Assembly (NCBI GenBank): GCA_951406725.2
Contig: OX597820.1
Span: 42,594,001 to 42,658,000 of the forward strand
DNA: 64,000 bases
Reading direction: 5' to 3'
Origin: Octopus vulgaris
Taxonomy: Eukaryota
In this document: positions 25,612-37,643 of the stretch, one piece after another
Layout: every line of letters starts with the position of its first letter
Position numbering within the stretch: position 1 is the stretch's first letter
Translations under genes and position numbers: made by a program
Notes under the pieces: model-generated
Seen by the model: only the letters and a program-made list of their open reading frames with translations
Database searches by the model: none
Told to the model about the DNA's origin: nothing

Positions 25612-26465
25612 GGAGGTGCGTCTAAAAAGTATCAGACTTGTTTTCTTCGCCAAAATTAATGCTGTGTGGGCAAAATCCTTTAGGTTGTAGGTGACTCCTC
25701 TCTCTCTCTGTGCTTCCACGAAAACTTTTGCGTTGGTAAACTGCATCAGTTCCTGATTGTTACGCCTAGAGAACAGAAGACATTTCCGCACTAGTCAGAT
25801 TTTCGTTATCTTGCAAGATGAACGAACGCATCGAGCAGAGATCATAAACCCATGTCTCATCACCACGTCCATTTCCATACGGGATTGCATTTGCTAGTCC
25901 ACTAGCACATTGGGAACGGATTTCGCTGATGCTCTCTGCGCGCACAAATCCTTCGTTAACATGGAATCCACTGATCCTGTGCTTATTCCAACTTTGGGAT
26001 CAATTTCTTTGATTGTTACACAACGTTATTCCATGACTATTCACCGAACATTCTAAATAGACTCCTCATTTCGGCTTGTGCACAGGTTATTTGAGCGTGT
26101 CTACCTCTCCATTGAAGTACAGCTATATTTGGAGTGCTCGTACCATTCCTTGATCTCAGTTTTAACCGTATCATCATTGCCAAATGCTAGTTGAAAGTTC
26201 TGGATAGTTGGAGCTTATGGATCACAACGCTTTGTACTAAATTTGATGCAAAGTCTCTGCCCAGTGCGTTCGGAGAAAACGAAAGGCTGACGAGCGAGCA
26301 TTAGACATCTGTTCTCCAGGCGTAACAGCCTGGAACACGGCCTACTGGCGCGAAAAATTTCACGCATGCAAGGGAAAGGTGGCGTGACCATCCAGCAAAA
26401 GATTTTGCCCACACAGGTTTAGTTTTAGCGTAAATATAAAATCGAGTAATTTTGAGCACACATCG
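25612..26465 (-). mobile_element. Mariner-derived non-autonomous element with long (~220 bp) inverted ends and TA TSD
   Basis: TA|GGAGGTGCGTCTAAAAAGTA ... AATTTTGAGCACACATCG|TA, with ctgtgtgggcaaaatc shared by both arms. The minus strand encodes a mariner N-terminal HTH remnant (QRLCIKF, AFGND, EWYE, VGIS.GSV). Confidence 0.8.
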
Positions 26466-26746
26466 TACATACATACAGACAGATAGACAGACAGACAGAC
26501 AGATATATACATTCATACATATATACATATACGTACAGCTATGTTTACATATATATATATATATGTATGTAATAATAAATATTAGGGAATGAATCCAAAA
26601 TTACAGGGAAAGATCAGATTTAGGGTTAAATCCAATTTTATAGTAAAATATTATATAATATAATTCGAGACAAAACCACTATTTTAAAACCAAACAAGGA
26701 AAGACTTAATCAATACATAAAATTTTAATATAAATTAAATAAACCG

Positions 26747-26789
26747 CCACTACAAATGTTTCATGTCTGCTCCGACAATCGTCAGGTGG
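26747..26789 (-). ncRNA. Type I minimal hammerhead ribozyme
   Basis: CCAC-CUGACGA-U-UGUC-GGAGCA-GACA-U-GAAA-C-AUUU-GUA-GUGG. Confidence 0.7.
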
Positions 26790-27015
26790 ATTTTCGATCT
26801 AAAAATAGCAATATTTTAAAATATAATTTTAAATAATTTAAAATAATAAAACAATAAAATTATCAATGAAAGAATGTAAAAAAATAAAAATATAATCTAT
26901 ATATAATCTATATATAATCTATATATAATCAATATATAATCTAAAATAATCTAAAATAAACCCTATAATTATTTTAAATTATATTTTAAAATATTGCTAT
27001 TTTTAGATCGAAAAT

Positions 27016-27058
27016 CCACCTGAAGATTGTCGGAGCAGACATGAAACATTTGTAGTGG
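27016..27058 (+). ncRNA. Type I minimal hammerhead ribozyme (inverted copy)
   Basis: CCAC-CUGAAGA-U-UGUC-GGAGCA-GACA-U-GAAA-C-AUUU-GUA-GUGG; predicted cleavage after 27054. Confidence 0.7.
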
Positions 27059-27439
27059 CGGTTTATTTAATTTATATTAAAATTTTATGTATTGATTAAG
27101 TCTTTCCTTGTTTGGTTTTAAAATAGTGGTTTTGTCTCGAATTATATTATATATATGTATGTATATACTTGTATATATGTATATGCGTGTGTATGTATGT
27201 ACGTTTATATACATCTTTATGTGTTTTGAGGTTTCACATTTAGAAACATAAAATATATGGCAATAAACACCAAAGTGGTAAGAAACACTGAAACTTAAGT
27301 TGCACCAAGCCATCACGGGTAGATCGAAGCAATAGAACCTTGTTCATCTTTCAGCAATTCTTTAATCTCTCTCTCTCCAACATCCATTGTGTCACCTTTC
27401 AACAAATTTGCTTTAGAGCACTATCTCCCAAGCAGCACT

Positions 27440-28600
27440 CACTTCATATTTCCAGTGATACATAAATGAACGGATAATCAGACACGTGTTATTCATCCAT
27501 TCAATCTGCATTTACTAGACCACATCCGTGTCCAAACCTATGCTCACGAAAAAGTTTCAATTATTTCGGACAAATGAAGACGGTGGAAATAACAGTTTGA
27601 TATAGATCTACATGTCAGTAATGTTATGGCACATAATGAGTGTGTGGGGGAAGTTTCTGTACTCTCTGATAATCATGGACAGGAAAGACTGACCCAACTA
27701 CTCACCTCCAAAAGCTTGTTCCAGACCAATGATGACCCATGACTTGCCCCATCAGATCAGACAAATCTGGAAATTATAAATAATGTTTCTCTCGAAACAA
27801 CTCCGAGGCAAATTAATCAGCTGGTTTTTGCTGATGCCAGCTTTTCTTGTATCCCCTTTAGTGTTATCGCGGACGTTTTGTCCACTAGTAAAATCGTGAG
27901 TATAGGCTGCATTCTAGATTGCAAATGTCCGACCTTGCTTTTACAATGATATACAATTACAGTTTCATCCAAGAGACGAGCTATAGAAAATTATGCTTCA
28001 TAAACAGCGGGCACATCTTCTCACCGTCTAGATGTAGTTGAAAACGCCACAGCCTTAGTGCAAGGTTGAACTTCATTAGCCGAAGAATATTTTGACAAAA
28101 GATAGAACTTCAGAGTACGACAATTTAAAGAGCAACAACTCCAATCAGAAGAGATATAGGCTAATTGTAAAATATGACGCAGACAATGCACGCATTACCT
28201 ACGTTTGTTCGACATTTCAAAGAAAACTGACAGTCGTAACCTCATCCTATGTCATATCCCTTTGCAATTTCAGGCCAGCAGAACACTTGATTAGTTCATG
28301 TGATAGCTGATTTCAAAGGAATTGCAGCCAGTAGAATGAGACAATTGACTTTATCATCTCTTACTGCATATTCCTCGCCAAGCCAGTGTATATATATATA
28401 TTAATGGAGAAGACGGAGCCAGCAGCTATATCCGCCAGCAGCTCTATACACCTTTGAACGTGAAAACGATTAGGTGGTATAGACATGATACATTACTGGG
28501 ACCCACCGACAATTGTCAGATCACTTGAGACCAAAATTTAGCACGCATGGAATTAGAGAAACTGAGAATGTGCAAGTGTTACACATCATGTGATCAGAAT
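27440..28600 (+). mobile_element. Very old RTE-like LINE relic
   Basis: Faint APE-like (NERI..., TYA) and RT C-terminal (LAKP, IRWY.H) remnants, recognised by eye only. Confidence 0.35.
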
Positions 28601-28925
28601 ATTCTACATTTTCCAGTTATAGGGATGAAACAGAGGCTTCATCAAGAAAATATGTTGCTCAGAATGAGCGCAGTTTGCTGTTTTTTAAGCTATGCTTGAA
28701 AAACTTGATTTAGTTGGTATGTGATGCGGTTTTGTTGTACCTTCATACACGACTTTTTATTTTAACAAAATCATACGGGCTGAATTTGCGCTCGAAATGA
28801 AGTATTGCAATCAAAATGCAGCACAGATAGCATTATGTCGGTGGATCTCAAGAACTACTTACGTATTTCTTAAGCATTGTATAAAGATTTCATACGTAGA
28901 GAAATTCAGACACACAGACAAGCAT

Positions 28926-28980
28926 GCACACACACACACGCGTGCACAAGAGCGCACACGGGCACGCGCATACACACACA

Positions 28981-29061
<81 letters not shown>
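28926..29061. repeat. (CA)n microsatellite
   Basis: Directly visible. Confidence 0.95.
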
Positions 29062-29064
<3 letters not shown>

Positions 29065-29624
29065 TTTCTGTGTGTGTATGCATTACTTTATATTTATTTA
29101 GTCACTAAATACAAGAGACCAAAAGAATATCATTAGCTTGAACCTGACTGTACTGAATAATAATTGAAGATATATGAATCATAAACATCGTGTCTTTTTT
29201 TAATACCTCTCCATGGACAACATAATCCAATGTAGTCTTGTTTTAAAATGATTTGGTGCGAATGTAGAAAAAAAACAGTTTTAAAATATTTTAACATATA
29301 TACTGTTGTGGTCTTTGCTACTGCTGCTGCTGCTATTCTTTTGCTCTAGATCAACCATAATTGATCAAAGGAATTCCAAATTTGTCTAGAATAAAGATTC
29401 AACTCTTATCATTTCGTCAAAAGCAACAAAAATGGCCACTTCTGGTGAAGAAAAAAAAAGAAACAGAATAATAATTCAAAGAGTATAATACAACGCATAG
29501 CTAAAACCAGATACCGTCTTTTAAAAATTAAAACAGTCACTTACAACTATGTTGAGAAACGCCACCTGTTATAACCTAGACGTGCTACCTTCTTGAACAT
29601 TTTTCATTTTTTAAACATTTCATG

Positions 29625-29779
<155 letters not shown>

Positions 29780-32201
29780 CCCCACTCGAATGGAGTAGAC
29801 TTAAGGGTGAATATGGAGGGCAGAAGGCCGAGGTCCCACGCTTGCGTCTCAACGGGCCACTTACGGTTTTTCTGCCCACAGAACCAGAGCAGAAATGCAG
29901 AAAGAAATATCCAAACGAAAGCACTACAACCCATGAGTTGACAAAAATAACAAGCACAACAACAACAACAACAACAACAACAGAAAGGCAGGGGAACAAA
30001 AACAGAAATTGAACCCAAGGAGACAAAACCGATAGGTGTTACAGTAAGGGTGGCTGTGGGATTAGCACCAGCAGCAGTGATGGAAGCTACAGTAGCAGGA
30101 GCAACAACAACAACAACAAGAAAACCTGAACAAACACAACTAGAAGAAAACATACAAGACACGGACTCTTCTACGCATCCAAGTGATGATGGAGGAAGCC
30201 CAAAAGACAGAAAAAAAAAACAAAGAAAGACACACAGACAAAAGGGAGAAATCCAAGAAACGGCAAACACAGACACACTGATGACAACACCAAAACTACA
30301 CGCACCACAATCACCAACACCATCAAAAACACCCTCAACAAAATCAAGAACACAACAAATTTTAAAAAGTAAAATGTCACTACAACAGGTGAAGAGGTCC
30401 AATGAAAAGCTGATGGCTCTCACAGCACAAAATGAGAACATTGAATCAGAGAGAGTGATCTGCAAACCCAACACTTTTATAGCACCGGAGAGCCTAACGA
30501 TGGTGTGAATGACAGAGATTTATACGAGCATTAAGCGGAGCTACTCGTATGACACTGGATCTCCCAGTTTAGCGACCAGTAGATAGTTTTTAAGAGGGTT
30601 TCCTGAGGAACCCAACAAAATAGACAGGTTGGGAGAACCACTCGACTACAAACAGCACCAAGAGGATAAGTGACACTCCCTTTTTCCTTTCCTTATATCC
30701 TGGCCAGCATTGTGGTTCTTAAAGTAGAATGTATATATATGTACGTGGCCTGGGATCATTGTGGAAGCAAGGAGGCTTGCGCAACGACCTCAAGTAGCTA
30801 AGTTTGGATGTAATAGCCATCAGTGAGACCAGGATCGCCTCGGCTCCCATTTTCACTGATTGAGATTTTCGCATGTCTTAGTCGACCGGAAATGGAGTGT
30901 AGGGTGGCAGTGTTGTTCAGACAAGGCCTGGATCTTGAGATACGCTCAGTCTTCCTGGGCCCGGAAGGTAAGTCGATTGTCCTGGACGTGAACGATAACA
31001 AAGGCAGTGCTTTTAGACTGGTCGCAGTGTACGCACTGAATGGAGCGGGGTAGCCGGAGTTCTTTAGACGCCTGGAGGCCTTTATGTAGCAACTGACAGC
31101 AGAATGGGAGAATTCCTACTTTTTTCTATCGGGAGGCGCTGTCATGCACTGAGGTTGCTGCATCTCCGGGTTTTTCTTGACAGTGAGCATTGTGTGGTCG
31201 CTGTTTGTCAGGCACGTTTTTCCACAGCTAGTCTCTTTGAGTAAACTGCAAAGCTGTATTAGGCATAGACTCAGGAGGGGCGCTTGGCACCTCGGGTGTT
31301 ATCAAACACTCACGTCCCTCTGCCAGGCAGGCAATGCAGTCGGTGATAGTTCCACTCTTATAGAAGACTAGTGGAGGGAAAGTGAGACGACGTTCTCGGG
31401 GAAACTCTTGTTGTCGATGAAGATCAACTAACCGGTCTGTTTCGGAGAACTTTCGGGCCTGGACCAATAGATAACTTCCAGAAATCCCTTGCCTAGCAGT
31501 GCTTCCGAGGTGCGCTGCCTGTTCAAGATAAACTTTACAGGCACGGAGGTGCCATCAGCCGGGTCTGCCCGAATTGTGCGCAGAGCAATGAAAATGTTCT
31601 ACACGCCATCGTCCTGTGTCCAAATATTGCTGACCTGCGTGTTTATGTCCAACACTTGCTGTCGCGTGTAGGACGGATCCGGCTATTACCTGAATCCATT
31701 GTGAAGATTGTCTCACCACCCTCTTTTTGGCCGGGTGGGGCAGGCAAGTTTTATTTGTCTAGTGGCTGTAGCGGAAGAGGTAGTATAGTGGACCCGTCTG
31801 AAAGGGCTACAGACAGATACCTCTTTGGTCAAGCCTACATCAACGTTTTTAAGTTTCACTTGAAAAGGAAGTTGAGGGTGGAGAGGGAAGTGTTGCTTTC
31901 TAGCAAGTTTGCTGAAAGGTGGGTGAACGTTGGAAGAATTGCCAGTGTGAAAGGACCAATTCTGAGCATACAGCTGTGAGAAATAAACGATGGGCACTTG
32001 CCCTATTGATCAGGCACCTGAGGCTTTTGTGGGGTTTTCCATGAAGACCTTAAAGCGCCTCACCTATTGGGAGTTCTCATTTGTTTAATTTGTCGTTGTT
32101 ATATCTATTGTTAACACGCTGTAAGACCTGCTTTTGTATTTTATGTTGTTGCATGTCATTTAATGTTGTTTTATGTGAGCCCTTGTAGCTAATAAAAGAA
32201 T
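29780..32201 (+). mobile_element. L1/Tx1-like LINE, internally deleted (ORF1 3' part, APE start, ORF2 C-terminus, 3' UTR)
   Basis: ORF1 knuckle relic EGRRPRSHACVSTGHLRFFCP; APE motifs YVRGL, DVIAISETR, VAVLFR, EGKSIVLDV and RLVAVYA..PEFFRRL; C-terminal zf-like CPNC..H..CP and FKFHLKRKLRVEREVL..ERWV; ends AATAAAAGAA. Confidence 0.8.
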
Positions 32202-32253
32202 TGATTATTATTGTTGTTGCTGTTGTTGTTATTGTTATTGCCCTTATTATAGA

Positions 32254-32622
32254 GGTAGTGGCCTGGCAAAATGCGTAGCGGTATTTCGTCTGCCGTTACG
32301 TTCTGAATTCAAATTCCACCGAGGTCGACTTTGCCTTTCATCCTTTCGGGGTAGATTAAATAAGTACCAGTTACGCACTGGGGTCAATATAATCGACTTA
32401 ATCTGTTTGTCTCTCCGTGTTTGTCCTCTCTGTGTTTAGTGGGTAGTAAAGAAATAAGTATTTCAATTTTTAACGTTGTGAGTTCAAATTCCACTGAGAT
32501 CGAATTTGCCTTTTTATCATTTCAGGATCGATAAAACAAGTTCGAATTAAGTATTTGAGACGATGTAATAGACTAGTCCCCTCCCCACAAATTACAGTCC
32601 TTGTGCCTACAGTAGAAAGGGT
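32254..32622 (+). mobile_element. Two tandem or nested tRNA-derived SINEs
   Basis: Two B-box/core units (ttcaaattccac.gag.tcga.tttgcctt) with different tails. Confidence 0.85.
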
Positions 32623-33329
32623 CATTATTTTTATTTTTGTAAGGGTCGGTCACGAAATGAAACAGAACTATCTCCTTTTCCTAGCCGGACTAGTGTTAAG
32701 TATCGGCTTGCTCGTTCGTTTGTTCGTTCCTTTTTTTAACACGTATGTCCCTAAAACGTATTTGTTCTATTGTATATCCATTACAAAGCCTCCGTACTCT
32801 GTTTCTTTTTCTTCCTTATTTCTTTGTATAGTTCAGCCTCTAACTCTTTCATTCTACTTATGATTTCACAACAACTTCTATCTCATATTTCTCAGTTACG
32901 TTTATTATCTCGTTTATCCCATCCTGTAATATTTCCTTCATTTTCGCTTTTCGTGTCTTCTTTTTGCGTTTATTCTTCGAATTCATTCAGTCTTTTATTC
33001 TGTCGTTAGGTCCATTCTTCCCTATAATTCAAACCGCTTTCCTACTGGCGCGACATCATTCAATGTTCTATACCCGTCTCTTTTATTATTTCTCAGTACT
33101 ATCTTTTCATTCCCTTTGTTTTTAATCTCCATTGTCGTTGTGTCATTCCTCCCCTTCTGTTATCTCACAACTTTGTTTCATCTTTCCCTGTCTGTTTAAA
33201 TCTCGTTCTTTCTATTTATATTGTACTATTCTTACATTTATATTGCGCACGCATATTTTCAGTTTCATTATTGATGTTTTTATTTGTTGTCGTCCCCTTC
33301 AATTCGGCGTCCCTGCAGCAAATAAAAAT

Positions 33330-33995
<666 letters not shown>

Positions 33996-36107
33996 ATAGT
34001 CGAAGATGTCTTCTCTTGACAATATCAGTTTTGGTAAGCAGCTATCATCATAAGTCTTTGCATATTTCTATCTGGCACCATAAGGATGCTTTTGTTTTTA
34101 TTTTTACTTTGTTTTATTTTCTATTCCTTTTATACTTCTTACTCGAAAACAAGAACACCGATAAAGGCAACAGCAAAAACTTACAGCAGCAGCCGCAGCA
34201 GTGTTAAAAGAATCACCTAAACCACAGGCATCATCGTTACTAGAAACAACAACGCTTCGTCTGAAAAGAAAAAAAACAGAAAAAGAGCAACTCTATTGCC
34301 ATAATACCTCACTCAAGAAAATACATCACTCAACAAAATACCTCACTCGACAACCACATTTGCTAAACTTCCACCGATTACAACAATAATTTTATCAAAT
34401 CTTATAATAAGACTATGATACAACCAATGTATGTCGAAATATAGTCATATGGTGGTGTTGTCTAGCTATACATACTCTTATCTATCCGGTTATCTATCCA
34501 TGCATCCATCGATCCGTCCATTCATCCGTCCATTCATCTATCCAGTCATCCCTTTGTATACTTCAATACATCTCTGTCCCTCCGCCGGGCAGTCGGTCAA
34601 CGAACTGGTCATCTCAGCGGATGATATTAGCAGCTGTCTGTCGGCTGTCTTTGATGGAAAAATAAAAATAAAGATGAATCGACTGAAAAGAAGTAGTATG
34701 AAGCTATTCAAGTGTGAACCGCAGGCCAAACTACACCGCATGAGATGGACAGCTGATTGTGTGCCAAAGGACTGACGATCTGCAGACTCCGGCCAGCCAA
34801 AACCTGACAGTAATAGTTTTGCCCGTTAATGTTAAAAGCGGTGAAAGAGTGAACGACCGGACAAATAAGTAGCCTGGTAAATGCATAGCTGGCTGCTGCC
34901 GAAGATGTCACTGGCTTTGTCATCGTGACTACTGGCTATCATTTTTCGTTTTCATGCATCCATCCGTCCAATCATTATGCATGTCCTGATAACGAACCTG
35001 CCTGCTTGCCTGCTTGACTGTTTGTCTGTTTCCCTGCAAGTCAGTGAAACCGGCCAGCTAGCTGGCCAACCCGCTCGCCAGTCACATAAACAACTCGGAA
35101 CTTATCTTATCTAATAAACAAGTACATAGTCTATTTAAACATGGCTTTATAATGAATGAAGACACTCACACAAGTATTCACACGCGCACTCACAAACGCA
35201 TATATCAATAACACATATCAATAACACTTTCATACAATACATACATGTAAATATACGTGGTGTCCAAACATACGTATACTTCTGAATACAGGCAATACAA
35301 AATATTGTGTACAAAATTTGTTGACGAAATAAGACGGAAGATTGTGCAAACAAAATTTACACACACACGCATGTGCACACTCACATACATGTCAATGAGT
35401 AGCGAATATTGTGCGCTTTGTACTGACATGTGTATCTGTTTGTGAGAATATCTGTATTAATTTTATTGATGCAGGTAAGATTGTATGGCATCATGGGATA
35501 AAAAGGAATATGATTTTAATTAATCAAAATGCTAATGGCTCATTTCAATAGCTTATATTGTAAAAGGCAGAGATTGTTTCAGGTTATATTTTTAATGATT
35601 GAATAAACAAATGGAATGTAAAATGCTCTGTCTCTTTGTCTGTTTGTAATCCCCCCCTCTCTCTCTCACTATACTCCTCCTCCCACACACACATTAACGC
35701 ACACACATACACATATCGTGAGAAACATTACCAAAGTGATTTACAGTATAACGTGTTACTACCTAGTCACAATGTGAAAAGCCCTTCAATTAAACAACGA
35801 GCCAATTCTGCTATGAATCTGTTATCTACTCGAAATAGCAGATCTTCCTCAGTCACATCATCCCATTTCAAATACGAAAATGATATATTACATAACGTTG
35901 TCGGAATCATCCCTAAAAAAATTGCAAGGGTCACTGCTAGAATACATTTGAACATAGGTCACCTCGATCAGAGATTTTCTATGCCTAAACCACATCAAAA
36001 GCAACTGCAAACATATCAACAATAACAACAAATGCAACAATGATCTAACTGAACAAAGCATTAAAAAGAGTATTCAGTGGCATGTATATATATATATATA
36101 TATATAA

Positions 36108-36236
36108 AAAAGGAAATGAAGAAAATGCTGACAAATAATTGAAGTAATTTAAGTAATTTAATTAGGTGAAACTTTCACCTAATTAAATTACTTAAATTAC
36201 TTCAATTATTTGTCAGCATTTTCTTCATTTCCTTTT
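36108..36236. repeat. Perfect palindrome with 64-bp arms and a 1-nt spacer, between (TA)n runs
   Basis: aaaaggaaatgaagaaaatgctgac...taggtgaaa-C-tttcaccta...gtcagcattttcttcatttcctttt, centred on 36172. Confidence 0.95.
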
Positions 36237-36272
36237 ATATATCACCACTCGTGTTCGACATCTCCTTTTTTT

Positions 36273-36275
<3 letters not shown>

Positions 36276-36350
<75 letters not shown>

Positions 36351-36383
36351 CAGACAGATTGATAGATAGATTGATTGATAGGC

Positions 36384-36468
<85 letters not shown>

Positions 36469-36595
36469 GAGATAGATAGATAGATAGATATAGATAAATA
36501 GATAGATAGATAGATACACACTTGTACCACATATATAGGTATGTGTAAGTATATATATAAATGCATACACACACATATACACACGTGTATGTATG

Positions 36596-36629
<34 letters not shown>

Positions 36630-36700
36630 TGTATGTATGTATGTAGTTAGGTAGGTGGGTAGGTAGGTAGGTAGGCAGGCAGGCAGGCAGACCGGCAGGC
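36276..36700. repeat. (TA)n/(AGAT)n/(TATG)n/(AGGY)n compound microsatellite
   Basis: Directly visible. Confidence 0.9.
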
Positions 36701-37096
36701 AGATGGGTTAGTATGTATAAAGAGACTGATATAGTGGAAGAATGGCAATCTCTCTGCGACAGTTGGGAAGAAGAAAAATTATCTTCAAGCCAGAGAATTG
36801 CAACGTTAAAGCCTTCCACAAACTAAGATAAATAAATGAATAAAATAAAATAAAAATTCGTGTTAAACCCAGTGACAGATTCAATCTACCACCCCCAAAA
36901 CTTAGGGAGAGTGTAGATATTTCTGCCTTTAAGATATTTAAGATATTTAATAAGCCACAGAATTGAAATTATAATTACATTACAGAAAATGAACAGCTAT
37001 AATAGAAGAATTTGAAGTAAAACTATGCAAAATATCAGCCATCTCTGAATGATACCTGTTAGAAAAGATATTAACTGCAAATGTATAAAGCAGTTA

Positions 37097-37643
37097 CAGT
37101 AATTCCTCGACTATCGCGGGTGTTATGTTCCAAAAAAACCCCGTGGTATGTGAAAATCCGAGAAGCAGAAACAGTGCGTCTGTTCAGTTTGGCTCACAGA
37201 TTTTTTGATTAATTTTTTTGAAACTAAACAGCTTGAAACTTTGTTTAATGGAGTAATTTCTCACGCAAAACACGGTTTACTTTGAACAATTTTTACAAAA
37301 TTTTACACTTTAGAAGTTATTTTGTGTTAAATTTGTTGTATTTGGGTAATTTTAACCAATCAAAGACGTGTATTCAGTTGAACCTTATTCTGTGTGAGAA
37401 ATTACACCAGTATACGAAGTTTCAAACTTTAGTTTTTTAAAAAATTAATTAAAATATCTGTGAGCCAAACTGAACAGATCCGAAATAGTAATGCATTGAA
37501 TATTTTTATAATTTTATAATTTGTAAATATTTCTGTTATTATGAATGTAAAACAATACCACAGAGGAATCGACGTAAGCTTAAATAATAAACTGCGGTAG
37601 GTGAACCGCTATAGGTGAACAGCGATATAGCGAGGGGTTACTG
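37097..37643. mobile_element. Tigger/pogo-like MITE with TA TSD
   Basis: TA|CAGTAATTCCTCGACTATCGC ... GCGATATAGCGAGGGGTTACTG|TA. Confidence 0.8.
37176..37481. mobile_element. MITE with long TIRs and an 8-bp TSD (Merlin- or Mutator-like), nested in the pogo-like MITE
   Basis: TIRs tctgttcagtttggctcacagat / atctgtgagccaaactgaacaga extend imperfectly for ~100 bp; flanks GAAACAGT (37168-37175) and GAAATAGT (37482-37489). Confidence 0.8.

Larger units (their letters stand above)
26570..27153. mobile_element. Penelope-pLTR-like fold-back element with ~187-bp inverted arms, each carrying a hammerhead
   Basis: Arms 26652-26838 and 26967-27153 are nearly identical, with an AT-rich spacer containing short tandem repeats; (TA)n-rich flanks. 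Confidence 0.75.
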
